Notes: generated by a model not told the origin, from the sequence alone. 62,369 nucleotides of DNA from Candidatus Zhuqueibacterota bacterium (GCA_049322915.1 JBMOPW010000033.1:1-62369); one strand, 5' to 3'; counted from the stretch's first letter, positions 29,484-39,817 are shown. A program made the numbers and translations.

Positions 29484-30914
29484 ATGAGCAGCGTGTTTGA
29501 AATGAATCCGGAGCACATACTGAAACTGGCGCCCAAAGATCGTTCGCTCGATCTGGCGGTCATTCATATCACATTCGAGGGAATTCAAATACTCGGCGGC
29601 GGCGTGTGCACAGTGACGCGCGGCCATCTGGAAGCGCTGAAGAGTTTGCAGCGGCACCTGAAAAATTTCAATGTGACGCTCACGCCCTATTTTGCTGAAA
29701 TTGGCTATGCGGACAATCATCCGCGGCGCGATGTAAATTATGAAAAGTACGCGGTGGAGTCCGTGAAAAGCATGGGCGGCGATGTGGCTTATCTGGCCAA
29801 TTACAGTTGGGGGGAGCAACCCCACACGGCCTGGGGCGAAGAAGACCTGGGGCCGGTGGATAAATGGAAAGCGGCGTGCGCATCCGCTGCCACTGTGGCT
29901 CTGAATTACGCGCGGCGACATCAGGCCGCGGTGATTTATTGTCACGACTGCGTCTTTGCGCTGACCGCGCTGTACGCGTCGCTGCAGGCCAATGCGTTCG
30001 GCGCAGACATTCGCGCAATCTATGTGGTTCATTCCACAGCCCTCACCCATGAACTGCCGCTGCCAAATCCGGACCGGCTGATGGCAGAATGCGCCACGAT
30101 TCAATGGGGCAAAATCAATCCGGCCGTGAAAATCGGGTACATCAGTGAATTCATTCGTGGGCATCTGGTTCAGGATTACAGCGCCCGGCTTTCGGATACT
30201 GTGCCCACCGGCAATGGCCTCAATCCGGCGGACAAGTATTTTCGGGTGCGAACCCGGGATGAAATCGTCGGGAAGCTGAATCAGTACAATATCCCGCTCG
30301 ATAAAAAATTGATCTTTTCGTGGGGCCGTTCAGTGGCGTACAAGCGATTTGACATGGTCATCAAAGCCGGCGCATTGTTAAAGACCGAATTGTACACGGT
30401 GGTGATGGTGTCCCCGGCGTCTGACGATTTGAAAAAGCTGCAACAGGAATTGAATCCGGGCATGTCGCTCATCTTCGCCTTTGATTCCGAATTGGCCGCC
30501 TGCCTGCTCCAGTGGGAAAATACGGCGGTGACTCCAGTGCTCGCGTATCTCGAGCCGTGCGGACTGACGCCCATGGAAATCCGGATGCACGCCCGCAACA
30601 GCGGCCCGATTCTCGTCGTCTCCGACACCGGCGGATTGCCGGAGCAGGTGGAGGATGGTGTGGATGGATTCATCACCCGGCAGGACGATGTGGCCGATGT
30701 CGTTAAAACCATTCGGAACATTCTCGCATTCAGCCCGGAAAAGCGACAGCAAATCCGCGCCAATGGCTTAAAGAAAATCCTGGGTCAGTACACCTGGACG
30801 AGCCAGATTCTGAAAACGCTGGCTTCTGTCAACCCACACATCGCGCTGATAAAAGAGGACGTCATAAAAGAAATTGTGCAGGAAGATCGCGACGCTCTGA
30901 AATTGCCGAAGTGA
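29484..30914 (+). CDS. GT4 (GT-B) glycosyltransferase
   Basis: GGGV N-terminal loop, HD, WGR....K, EPCGLTPME (EX7E), SDTGGLPEQVEDGVDG; GGAG RBS. Confidence 0.85.
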   Translation: MSSVFEMNPEHILKLAPKDRSLDLAVIHITFEGIQILGGGVCTVTRGHLEALKSLQRHLKNFNVTLTPYFAEIGYADNHPRRDVNYEKYAVESVKSMGGDVAYLANYSWGEQPHTAWGEEDLGPVDKWKAACASAATVALNYARRHQAAVIYCHDCVFALTALYASLQANAFGADIRAIYVVHSTALTHELPLPNPDRLMAECATIQWGKINPAVKIGYISEFIRGHLVQDYSARLSDTVPTGNGLNPADKYFRVRTRDEIVGKLNQYNIPLDKKLIFSWGRSVAYKRFDMVIKAGALLKTELYTVVMVSPASDDLKKLQQELNPGMSLIFAFDSELAACLLQWENTAVTPVLAYLEPCGLTPMEIRMHARNSGPILVVSDTGGLPEQVEDGVDGFITRQDDVADVVKTIRNILAFSPEKRQQIRANGLKKILGQYTWTSQILKTLASVNPHIALIKEDVIKEIVQEDRDALKLPK

Positions 30915-31097
30915 TGCAGCCTGCGCCGGGAGCAACTGGCAGAACGACTGTTCCTCCGAAGAGAGCGCCGGCGGAATTATCTTCGCCAATGAATTTTATC
31001 ATTTATGTTTTGGGAATTAAAAATTGACAGGATTTCAAGTTAGAAATTCAGGCAAAAAATTACCTTGAATATCGATTAAATATTTTGTACTTTTTCG

Positions 31098-32156
31098 ATG
31101 CTAAAAAATATTCACAGGATACTGATAATTAAATTGCAGGCCATTGGCGATGTCGTGATGTCCACGGCGGTGATTCCCAATGTGCGACAGGCGTTTCCCG
31201 ATGCGGCCATTGATTTTTTGACGATGAAATATTGCGCGCCGGCAGTGGACGGTCACCCGGACATTCGCGAGGTGATCTGGATTCAGCCGAAGGGAGCGCA
31301 TCGGCTGCAATCGCTGGCAGGCATCAGAGCGACCTATCACTACCTGAAACGGCTGATGACCGCGCGCTACGATCTGGTGTTCGATCTGTATGGCAACGCC
31401 CGTTCCGCGTTTTTGACCACCGTCACCGGCAGTCGCTATCGCGTGGGATTCGACTTTCGGGGACGAAGGCATTTTTACACGCATCAGGTCGTTCACCGCA
31501 GCAATGATGTGCACGAAGTGGAATTCAATCTGGACGCGCTGATTCGCGTCGGCATTCCCATCGTGAGCAAAGACCTGTTCTTCCCACTGGCTGACAGCGA
31601 TCTGGCCTACATCGATGCGTATCTGAAATCCAGTGGCCTGGAGCGTTCGCTGCTCGTGGGCATAAACGGTTGCGCCAGTTATAAAGCCAAGAGCTGGCCG
31701 CTGGAAAAATACGCCAGTCTGGCGGATCGTTTAGTCGGGCAATTCGGCGCTACCATCGTGTGCGTCTGGGGACCGGGCGAGAAGTCCATCGCCGAGTCGA
31801 TTTGCCGGCAGATGAAACAGCCGGGAATCGTGGCGCCTGCCACAACGCTCAAACAACTTGGCGCGCTGCTCAAACGCTGTCGCATGGTCGTCAGCAACGA
31901 TACCAGCCCCATGCACATTGCCGCCGCCGTGGGCACGCCGACGGTCGGCATTTTCGGCCCGACAAAGCCGCATTTGCAGGGACCCTGGGGGCCGCAGCAC
32001 GAGACGGTTCAAAAGAAAGAATTGCCCTGTCTCGGCTGCCGAAAGACGAACTGCGAGGATTTGCAGTGCATGGAAAAGCTGTCCGTGGATGAAGTCTGGG
32101 AAAGGGTGCTGGCGTGCATGGCCAAAAACAGGATTCAACCGGCGGATTTCTCATGA
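31098..32156 (+). CDS. GT9 LPS heptosyltransferase (WaaF-like)
   Basis: ILIIKLQAIGDVV, KSWP, SNDTSPMHIAAAVGTPTVGIFGPT. Confidence 0.92.
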   Translation: MLKNIHRILIIKLQAIGDVVMSTAVIPNVRQAFPDAAIDFLTMKYCAPAVDGHPDIREVIWIQPKGAHRLQSLAGIRATYHYLKRLMTARYDLVFDLYGNARSAFLTTVTGSRYRVGFDFRGRRHFYTHQVVHRSNDVHEVEFNLDALIRVGIPIVSKDLFFPLADSDLAYIDAYLKSSGLERSLLVGINGCASYKAKSWPLEKYASLADRLVGQFGATIVCVWGPGEKSIAESICRQMKQPGIVAPATTLKQLGALLKRCRMVVSNDTSPMHIAAAVGTPTVGIFGPTKPHLQGPWGPQHETVQKKELPCLGCRKTNCEDLQCMEKLSVDEVWERVLACMAKNRIQPADFS

Positions 32157-32911
32157 AAAAATTATCGGTCATTGTCATTACCCGGAATGAAGAAAAGAAC
32201 ATCCGCGATTGCCTGGAAAGCGTGCGCTGGGCCGACGAAATCATCGTGGTCGATGCGCGCAGCAGCGATGCCACCGCAGAGCTATGCAAAGAATTCACGG
32301 AGCGCATTTTCGTTCGGGACTGGCCCGGGTTCGCCGCGCAGAAGCAGTTCGCTCTGGATCAGGCGAAGTTCGACTGGGTGCTGAGCATCGACGCGGACGA
32401 GCGGGCGACGCCGGCGTTGCAGCGGGATATCCGAACCGTTTTATCGGATGAAAATGAAGCGCCCGATGGTTATTACATCCCGCGGCTGAGCTATTTTCTC
32501 GGAAAAAAGATAATGCACTCCGGTTGGTACCCCGGGTATCAACTGCGGCTGTTCAGACGGGATCGGACGAAAGTCAGCGCGTCGCGCGTGCATGAGGGAT
32601 TTCTGGTGGATGGCCGCGTCGGTTATTTGCAGAACGATCTGCTCCATTTCACCCACCCATCGGTCGAAGAAAGCCTGAATCGCATGAACCGCTATTCCAG
32701 TCTTGAGGCCCTGGATCGGTTCGAGCGGAAGAAGACGAAGCAGGTGCGCTGGTACGATTTTATCATCCATCCCTTTTCCGCGTTCGCACGGCAATTTTTC
32801 GTGCATCAGGGTTTTCGCGATGGCATTCAGGGATTCATTCTGGCGCTCATCTCCGGAACTGTGAAAATGGCCTTGTACATGAAATTGTGGGAATTGCAGC
32901 GAAAGCGCTGA
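32153..32911 (+). CDS. GT2 LPS glycosyltransferase (WaaE/KdtX-like)
   Basis: SVIVITRNEEKNIRDCL, WVLSIDADE, VHE, GFRDG; ATGA overlap with GT9. Confidence 0.92.
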   Translation: MKKLSVIVITRNEEKNIRDCLESVRWADEIIVVDARSSDATAELCKEFTERIFVRDWPGFAAQKQFALDQAKFDWVLSIDADERATPALQRDIRTVLSDENEAPDGYYIPRLSYFLGKKIMHSGWYPGYQLRLFRRDRTKVSASRVHEGFLVDGRVGYLQNDLLHFTHPSVEESLNRMNRYSSLEALDRFERKKTKQVRWYDFIIHPFSAFARQFFVHQGFRDGIQGFILALISGTVKMALYMKLWELQRKR

Positions 32912-33020
32912 GAGTGATGATTGCAGTCAACCCGAATGCCGGCAGCAGAAATCACTCCCGAACGATGGGTTGGTAGTCTTTGTTGCACAAAGCATGACGA
33001 TTCAGTTATGATTTTTTTTA

Positions 33021-33209
33021 TGAATGGGTCGACTCTAAAAAGCCTTAAAAGTCTTTGAGACGTTGGTTATCCACGTCATAAATGACGTGGCAATTCATTG
33101 AAAGAGTTAAAAGTCAGACACCTTGAATAGCCCCGACTTTTAAGTCGGGGAACAGAAAGTCACCTCTGATTTTGGGGCTTCAGTTCCTTTTTTAGAGTGG
33201 ACTCATTCA
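33021..33209. mobile_element. MITE family A, full copy (189 bp)
   Basis: TIRs TGAATGGGTCGACTCTAAAAA / TTTTTAGAGTGGACTCATTCA (19/21); internal hairpins ccacgtcat-aa-atgacgtgg and ccccgactt-tt-aagtcgggg. Confidence 0.85.
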
Positions 33210-33307
33210 CTCATTGTGAAAAATGCTTGTATTCCGTTCTGGTCTCGCATGCCAATATTTTAATTTGGTATTCCGTTAATTAGCTATTCGAATTCATCGA
33301 CAATGGT

Positions 33308-35215
33308 ATGAAACTCTATTTTCGACTTCTCTGCTATATCAAACCGTACGCCAGTTGGCTGATCGTCTCCATCTTCTGCATGGTCATCTTCGCCGTGCTC
33401 AGCAGCGTGTCGATCTGGATGCTGGCGCCGTTCCTGGGCACGCTTTTTTCTGTGGAGATGCCTCAAATGAACCCTGCGGCAGGGCACGCGCCGGCCGATA
33501 GCACCGCTGCTGTCTCTGGCATGAAAACTGCTGATGAGGCAGTTGAATCCGCCAGCGACGTCCCTCGGCAAATCGATCTGTTGCAGCGGCTGCGCGGGGG
33601 ACTGCAGGAAAAGGTGGATACGTATCTGCTGGCCGGCTCGAAGACGGCGTCGTTGCGCCGGATCGTCATCGTCTTTTTCCTGCTATTCCTGCTGAAGAAT
33701 ATTTTCGGGTATGCCCAGGCGTTCACTATGGCGTACATCGAGCGCCGCGTGATGAAAGATATTCGCGATGATTTGTTCAGCCACTTCCAGCGATTGCCGC
33801 TGAGCTATTTTCACAAGCGCCGCGCGGGTCAGCTCATTTCGCGGGTGACCAATGACGTCGAGGTGGCGAACAAGGGCATCAATGTCAGTTTCACCAATCT
33901 CTCGCGCGATCCGATTTTAATTTTGATGTACCTGGGCATGGCGCTGGTGATTAGCTGGAAGCTGACCATCATCGCTTTTACAGTGCTGCCGTTGAGCATG
34001 CTGGTGATCATCCGCATCGGGAAAAAGCTGCGCAAATACAGCGCGCGCCAGCAGGAGAAAATGGCGGTGCTCACGTCCATTTTGCAGGAGACGGTGAGCG
34101 GCATTCGCGTGGTCAAAGCGTTTGCCATGGAAAAGTTTGAAATCGATCGGTTCAAGCGCGAATCGGAGCGGTGGTTCAGAGATGTTTTCAAAATAGCCGC
34201 CATTCAAAAGCTATCCTCTCCGCTGACGGAACAGCTCTCAGTGCTGGTGGGACTGGTCATTCTCTGGTACGGCGGCATCCAGGTTTTGGGCGGACACGGA
34301 TTGAACGCCGAATATTTCATCCTGTTTCTGGTGTGCATTTTTTCATTGGTACAGCCCATCAAAGCGCTGAGCGGCGTGAGCAACAGCATACAGGAAGGGC
34401 TGGCGGCTGCCGAGCGCATTTTTCGCGTGCTGGATAGTCCCATCGAGCAGATTGAAAACAAGGGCAACCTGCATTTGTCCAACACGCGGGGGAGCATTGA
34501 ATTCAACACGGTTTCGTTCGCGTACGACGAAGGTGAATGGGTGCTGCAGGATATCAATTTCAAAGTGAAACCGGGAGAGATTGTGGCGCTGGTCGGTCCG
34601 AGCGGCGCCGGCAAATCGACGCTCGTGGACTTGATCCCGCGTTTTTACGAACCCTCGAAGGGCAGCATCACCATCGACGGCGTGGATATTTCGCAGGTGG
34701 ATCTGAATTCGCTGCGGAGCCAGATGGGCATTGTGACGCAGGAGATCATCCTGTTCAACGACACAGTGCGGAATAACATTGCCTACGGCATGTCCCATAT
34801 TTCCGACGACGTGTTATTTGAAGCCACGAAAGCGGCCAATGCTCACCAGTTCATTCTGGACATGCCGGAGGGATACAATACAATCATCGGCGACCGCGGC
34901 GTCAAATTATCCGGCGGTCAGCGGCAGCGTATTTCCATCGCGCGCGCCATTTTGAAAAATCCGCCAATCCTGATTTTCGATGAAGCGACCTCCTCGCTGG
35001 ACACTGAATCGGAATTGCTGGTGCAGGAAGCCATTGAAAATCTCATGAAAAACCGTACGACCATTGTCATCGCCCATCGTCTTTCCACGGTTCAACATGT
35101 GGATCGCATTTTGGTGTTGAAAGAAGGAAGAATCGTCCAGGTAGGAACCCACGAACAGTTGCTCAATGAGCAGGGAATCTACAAAATGCTATATGACCTC
35201 CAATTCCGTCGGTAA
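33308..35215 (+). CDS. msbA: MsbA-like lipid A/LPS ABC exporter
   Basis: TM domain, GPSGAGKST, LSGGQRQR, ILIFDEATS, IAHRLST; located in an LPS cluster. Confidence 0.85.
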   Translation: MKLYFRLLCYIKPYASWLIVSIFCMVIFAVLSSVSIWMLAPFLGTLFSVEMPQMNPAAGHAPADSTAAVSGMKTADEAVESASDVPRQIDLLQRLRGGLQEKVDTYLLAGSKTASLRRIVIVFFLLFLLKNIFGYAQAFTMAYIERRVMKDIRDDLFSHFQRLPLSYFHKRRAGQLISRVTNDVEVANKGINVSFTNLSRDPILILMYLGMALVISWKLTIIAFTVLPLSMLVIIRIGKKLRKYSARQQEKMAVLTSILQETVSGIRVVKAFAMEKFEIDRFKRESERWFRDVFKIAAIQKLSSPLTEQLSVLVGLVILWYGGIQVLGGHGLNAEYFILFLVCIFSLVQPIKALSGVSNSIQEGLAAAERIFRVLDSPIEQIENKGNLHLSNTRGSIEFNTVSFAYDEGEWVLQDINFKVKPGEIVALVGPSGAGKSTLVDLIPRFYEPSKGSITIDGVDISQVDLNSLRSQMGIVTQEIILFNDTVRNNIAYGMSHISDDVLFEATKAANAHQFILDMPEGYNTIIGDRGVKLSGGQRQRISIARAILKNPPILIFDEATSSLDTESELLVQEAIENLMKNRTTIVIAHRLSTVQHVDRILVLKEGRIVQVGTHEQLLNEQGIYKMLYDLQFRR

Positions 35216-35217
35216 TT

Positions 35218-36342
35218 ATGAAGCTGAATATCCTGTTTATCAATTCGGTGCAGATGTACGGTGGTGGCGAAGTATGGATGGTGACGGCGCTCTCTGAATT
35301 AAAACGTCGGGAACATCGGGTGACGCTGGTGTGCCGGCCGGATGCTCACATCATTCCCCATGCGCGCGAGCAGGGAATCGATGTTGTCCCCATGCGCATC
35401 CGCGGCGATTTTGATCCGTGGACAATTTTTCAAATGGCCAAACTAATGCGCAGCCGCAACATCCATGTCGTGCTGACAAACATGGACAAGGAGCTGCGCA
35501 TCAGCGGGGTCGCCGCCTGGTTCGGCGGCAGACCGTTTGTGCTATCGCGGCGCGGCATCGATGCCCCGCTGAAAAATAAATGGCGCTATCGATTCACGTA
35601 CAACACGCTGGCCGATCTGATCGTCGCCAATTCCGAGGCCACCAAAAATACACTGCTCGCCAACGCGCCGTGGCTTGAACCGGATCGGATCGCCGTCATT
35701 TACAATGGCATTGAATCGGATTGGTTTCAGAAACATCGGACGCGCGATCTGCGCAGGTCGCTTCAAATCCCGGATCATGCGGCTATCATCGGATTTGTTG
35801 GCCGGTTGAACGTGCAGAAAGGGGTTGTTCATCTGCTCGAAGCGTTCAAAAAAGTCGCTGCCCGCGTGGAGAATGCCCATTTGCTCATCACCGGCGAGGG
35901 CGATCTGGAACCCACGATTCGCGCATTTGCCGGGACACATCAACTGGCGCATCGGATTCATCTGTTGGGATTCCGAAACGATGCGCCCAACATCATGCGC
36001 ACCATCGACATGCTGGTGCTGCCGTCGCTCTGGGAGGGCTTCGGCATTGTTCTCATCGAAGCCATGGCCGCCGGGAAGCCGTGCGTGACCACGCAGGTGA
36101 GCAGCATGCCCGAGATTGTCGTCGACGGCGAGACGGGCATCGTCGTTCCGGCCAAAGATGACGAGCGGTTGGCTGACGCGATGGAAACATTGCTGCGCGA
36201 TCCGGCCATGGCGAAACGACTGGGCGAATGCGGCAAAAAGCGCGTCGATGATAAATTCACGCTCAACAGAATGATTGATAATTACGAATCCCTGTTTTTT
36301 CAGCATGTCGTTAACCACCGAAAGGACAAGCAGCGCCAATGA
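35218..36342 (+). CDS. GT4 glycosyltransferase
   Basis: GGGE, FVGRL...KG, EGFGIVLIEAMA. Confidence 0.93.
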   Translation: MKLNILFINSVQMYGGGEVWMVTALSELKRREHRVTLVCRPDAHIIPHAREQGIDVVPMRIRGDFDPWTIFQMAKLMRSRNIHVVLTNMDKELRISGVAAWFGGRPFVLSRRGIDAPLKNKWRYRFTYNTLADLIVANSEATKNTLLANAPWLEPDRIAVIYNGIESDWFQKHRTRDLRRSLQIPDHAAIIGFVGRLNVQKGVVHLLEAFKKVAARVENAHLLITGEGDLEPTIRAFAGTHQLAHRIHLLGFRNDAPNIMRTIDMLVLPSLWEGFGIVLIEAMAAGKPCVTTQVSSMPEIVVDGETGIVVPAKDDERLADAMETLLRDPAMAKRLGECGKKRVDDKFTLNRMIDNYESLFFQHVVNHRKDKQRQ

Positions 36343-37454
36343 GTCTCCGAATTCCTCAGTGCCGGACATTCACCGGCTATAGCCCGTGCGAACCCGGAAA
36401 AAAGTGCCTCGAGTGCCATGATGAGCGGCCCATTGGCACGAAAATCCTCATCATCAATCTGGATGCTATGGGCGATGTGATTATGACCACGGCTCAGTTG
36501 CCGGCGTTGAAAAGAAAATACCCGCTCAGCCACATCAGTTGGATCACCTTGCCCAATGCCTATCCGCTGCTGCTGCACAATCCGCTCATTGACAAAATTT
36601 ACCGTTGGGATGATGAATCCCGGCTCATCCTCGAAGCGATGCACTTCGATGTCGCGCTCAATGCGGATAAGAATCAGAATTCCGGGGCGTTCATCCATCG
36701 GCTGCATGCTGCATCAAAACTCGGATTCGGGATCAATCAGCACGGCGCTGTTGTCCCGCTGAACGAGGGTGCGTATTATAATTACCGTCTGGGGCTGGAT
36801 GACCACATGAAATTTTTCGAAAATCAACGCACCGGTCAGGATATTCTGGCTGAGACATTTGAACTGGATTATCAGCGCGATGAATATATTTTGAATCTCT
36901 CCCCGGCGGAGAAGGTCTTCTGTGAGAAGTACCGGAACGAGTATCACCTCTCGAACAGCGATTTTGTGGTTGGATTCAATACCGGCTGTTCCGCGAAGTG
37001 GCCCCAAAAAAAGTTGAAAATCGACCAGCACATCGGGTTGATTCAGCGCATCGGCGCGGAACTGCCCGGGACTAAAGTCCTGTTGCTGGGCGGCAAAGAA
37101 GACACGGAGCGGAATGAGCGCATCGCTGCCGGCGTCGGCGTCGATACCGTCATCAGCACGCCGACAACCCAGGGGTTGCGCAGCGGACTTTGTTTCATCA
37201 ATCTGGCGGATCTGGTTGTCACCGGCGATACGTTTGGCATGCACGCTGCCATCGCATTGAAAAAACACGTGATTGCCTGGTTCGGCATGAGTTGTCACCA
37301 GGAAATCGATCTGTACGACCGCGGTGTGAAGATCATTTCCCGCGTGGAATGCGCGCCCTGCTGGAACGCGAAATGCGGCTATTTTCGCTGCATCGACGAA
37401 TTGGACATGGATGAGTTTTTCGCGCACATTAAATTTTATTATGACAAATTGTAA
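36339..37454 (+). CDS. GT9 glycosyltransferase with N-terminal Cys cluster
   Basis: CRTFTGYSPC.....CLEC, LDAMGDVI, TGDTFGMHAAIAL. Confidence 0.88.
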   Translation: MSLRIPQCRTFTGYSPCEPGKKCLECHDERPIGTKILIINLDAMGDVIMTTAQLPALKRKYPLSHISWITLPNAYPLLLHNPLIDKIYRWDDESRLILEAMHFDVALNADKNQNSGAFIHRLHAASKLGFGINQHGAVVPLNEGAYYNYRLGLDDHMKFFENQRTGQDILAETFELDYQRDEYILNLSPAEKVFCEKYRNEYHLSNSDFVVGFNTGCSAKWPQKKLKIDQHIGLIQRIGAELPGTKVLLLGGKEDTERNERIAAGVGVDTVISTPTTQGLRSGLCFINLADLVVTGDTFGMHAAIALKKHVIAWFGMSCHQEIDLYDRGVKIISRVECAPCWNAKCGYFRCIDELDMDEFFAHIKFYYDKL

Positions 37455-37458
37455 CTTT

Positions 37459-37820
37459 CAGGCTTGTATTCTTGCCTCAAAGTCACCAAGTCACGAAGTT
37501 ACAAGAAGATGCCAATTTCATTTTCATTCCCGGGCCGACTCTAAAAAGCCTTAAAAGGCGTTGATGCATTGGTTATGATATCGTTTCCACGTTATAAATG
37601 ACGTGGCAATTCATTGAAAAAATTGAAAGTCAGACACCTTGAATAGCCCCGACTTTTAAGTCGGGGAACAGAAATTCACCTTTGATTTTTGGGCTTTAGC
37701 CCCTTTTTAGAGGGGACTCATTCATAAACAGTGAAATTCAATTTTATTTTTTAAACCAAATTCAGCTTTTCAGAATCGATCATTTTGGCCATTTCTTTTT
37801 CTTCGAGACTCTGAGGCTGA
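37459..37820 (+). mobile_element. Repeat element family B, copy interrupted by MITE A
   Basis: Both flanks align in inverted orientation to 39818-39992; the left 53 bp match 47/53. Confidence 0.75.
37532..37724. mobile_element. MITE family A copy nested in element B
   Basis: gggccgactctaaaaagcc...tttttagaggggactcattca; shares both hairpins with the 33021 copy and has gggctttagccc. Confidence 0.85.
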
Positions 37821-37866
37821 ATAGTGACGACAAATTTAAAGCCGGTCAATTCAAACGGGAGTTGGT

Positions 37867-38631
37867 TTGAATCGTGTTTCCGTGATATTAATTACGCTCA
37901 ATGAAGAGCGCAATATCGTCGCATGCCTGGAATCGGTCAAGTGGGCCGATGAGATCATCATCGTGGATTCCCACAGTATTGACCGGACGCGCGAACTGGC
38001 AGCGGCATACACCGGGAACATTTTTGACATGGATTGGGAGGGCTATTCGGCGGCGAAAAATTTCGCCCTGGCTCGCGCGAACGGCGACTGGGTGCTGTGG
38101 ATCGATGCCGATGAGCGCGTGACACCTGAACTGCGGCAAGAAATTCAACAGGCTATTCGGGAAAAATCCGAAATTGCCGGCTACGAAATTCCCCGCAAAG
38201 CGTATTTCCTGGGCCGCTGGATTAAGCATTGCGGCTGGTATCCCGGTTATGTGCTGCGATTGTTCAAACGGGGAAGCGCGTTTTTCAATGCCTCCCACGT
38301 TCATGAAGGGCTGGAGTTAAGCGGCCGGCGCGGACGGTTGCGCCATCCGCTCCTGCATTACACCGATCGGGACATTGACCATTATTACACGAAATTTAAC
38401 CGATACACCTCGCTGGCCATCGACGACCTGATGGCGCGGAATAAAAAATTCACCCGCAGCGATTTGATTTTCAGACCTTTGTATGCTTTCTTCAAAATGT
38501 ATATTCTGAAGCAGGGTTTTCTCGACGGCATGCAGGGGTTTCTGCTCTGTGTATTCTCTGCCAATTATGTTTTCACAAAATATGCCAAACTGTGGGAACG
38601 CGAAATTTTAGCGAATGAACAAAACGCCTGA
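37867..38631 (+). CDS. GT2 LPS glycosyltransferase (paralog of 32153-32911)
   Basis: SVILITLNEERNI, WVLWIDADE, GWYPGY, GFLDG; TTG start with GGGAG RBS. Confidence 0.92.
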   Translation: MNRVSVILITLNEERNIVACLESVKWADEIIIVDSHSIDRTRELAAAYTGNIFDMDWEGYSAAKNFALARANGDWVLWIDADERVTPELRQEIQQAIREKSEIAGYEIPRKAYFLGRWIKHCGWYPGYVLRLFKRGSAFFNASHVHEGLELSGRRGRLRHPLLHYTDRDIDHYYTKFNRYTSLAIDDLMARNKKFTRSDLIFRPLYAFFKMYILKQGFLDGMQGFLLCVFSANYVFTKYAKLWEREILANEQNA

Positions 38632-39595
38632 TGAGTTGGAATTTTTCATGGAAGACCTGATCAAACGATTTTTATCCGGCGACCGGCGAGCGCTGGCCCG
38701 CCTCATCTCGCTCATCGAAAATGAAGCGGATGGCGCCATCAAATTGCTGGACAAAGTCTATTACCGAACTGGCAACGGATATCGCATCGGCATCACCGGC
38801 CCGCCGGGCGCCGGCAAGAGCACGCTGGTCAATCAGTTGACCAAAATCTATCGGCAGGAAAAAAGGACGGTCGGGATCATTGCTGTGGACCCCACCAGTC
38901 CGTTCACCGGCGGCGCGCTGCTGGGCGATCGAATCCGCATGAGCGACCTGGCCACAGACCCCGGCGTGTTCATCCGAAGCATGGCGACGCGCGGCAGCCT
39001 GGGTGGTCTGGCGCAGCGCGCGCAGGAGGCCGCGGATTTGCTGGACGCGTTCGGTCTGGACATCATCATTTTTGAAACAGTGGGCGTGGGCCAATCGGAA
39101 TTGGATATCGTGGAGGCGGCCGATTCGACGGTCGTCGTGCTCGTCCCTGAGTCCGGCGATTCCATTCAGGCGATGAAAGCCGGGCTGATGGAGATCGCCG
39201 ATGTATTTGCAGTCAATAAATCGGATCGCGAGGGCGCGGACCGCGTGCTGATGGAATTGAATTACGTCCTGGATCTGGGCAAACACAAACGAGCCTGGAA
39301 TCCTCCCATCGTCAAGACCGTTGCCAATTCCGGCGAGGGCATGGCTGCGCTCGCGGCTGAGATTCAGAACCATATTAATTTTCAGGATAAAACGCGCAGT
39401 TGGGCGGAAAAGCGCCGCAAGCGGATTGAAAATTATGTGCGGCAAATAATAAAAGCGCGCCTGCTGGAAAAATTCTGGCAGCCCCAGTTGGAGGCCCACC
39501 TGCTGGAACGGATCCGGCTGATCATCGATAAAAAAATATCACCCTATTCCGTCAGCGAAGAACTGTTGGATAGCTTCCGGAATAATTGGATATGA
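38615..39595 (+). CDS. meaB: MeaB/ArgK G3E GTPase
   Basis: GITGPPGAGKST, AVDPTSPFTGGALLGDRIRM, ETVGVGQSE, NKSD; alternative start 38648. Confidence 0.95.
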   Translation: MNKTPDELEFFMEDLIKRFLSGDRRALARLISLIENEADGAIKLLDKVYYRTGNGYRIGITGPPGAGKSTLVNQLTKIYRQEKRTVGIIAVDPTSPFTGGALLGDRIRMSDLATDPGVFIRSMATRGSLGGLAQRAQEAADLLDAFGLDIIIFETVGVGQSELDIVEAADSTVVVLVPESGDSIQAMKAGLMEIADVFAVNKSDREGADRVLMELNYVLDLGKHKRAWNPPIVKTVANSGEGMAALAAEIQNHINFQDKTRSWAEKRRKRIENYVRQIIKARLLEKFWQPQLEAHLLERIRLIIDKKISPYSVSEELLDSFRNNWI

Positions 39596-39817
39596 CGTTC
39601 ACCCGGGCGCCCATCGATGCCACCCGTTCGCTGGTATGGTCGGTGCAGCCGCGCAGCCCTTCGACCTCCGCATTCGATTTCACCATTCAACCTCCCCCGA
39701 ATTTCAAAGCGCTGTTCACTCTCCCATCGGAACTTGCTCTTCCTTTTGCCAGCGAAATGGCCGGTGACAATGGCTTCTGCTCGCTCGTGTTTTATGGCTA
39801 AAGCAAGATCTGAGTAA

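Noticed and set aside
39586..39801. 71-aa ORF after meaB (also 3925-4140 and 20954-21199)
   Set aside because: No motif or convincing RBS; probably spurious
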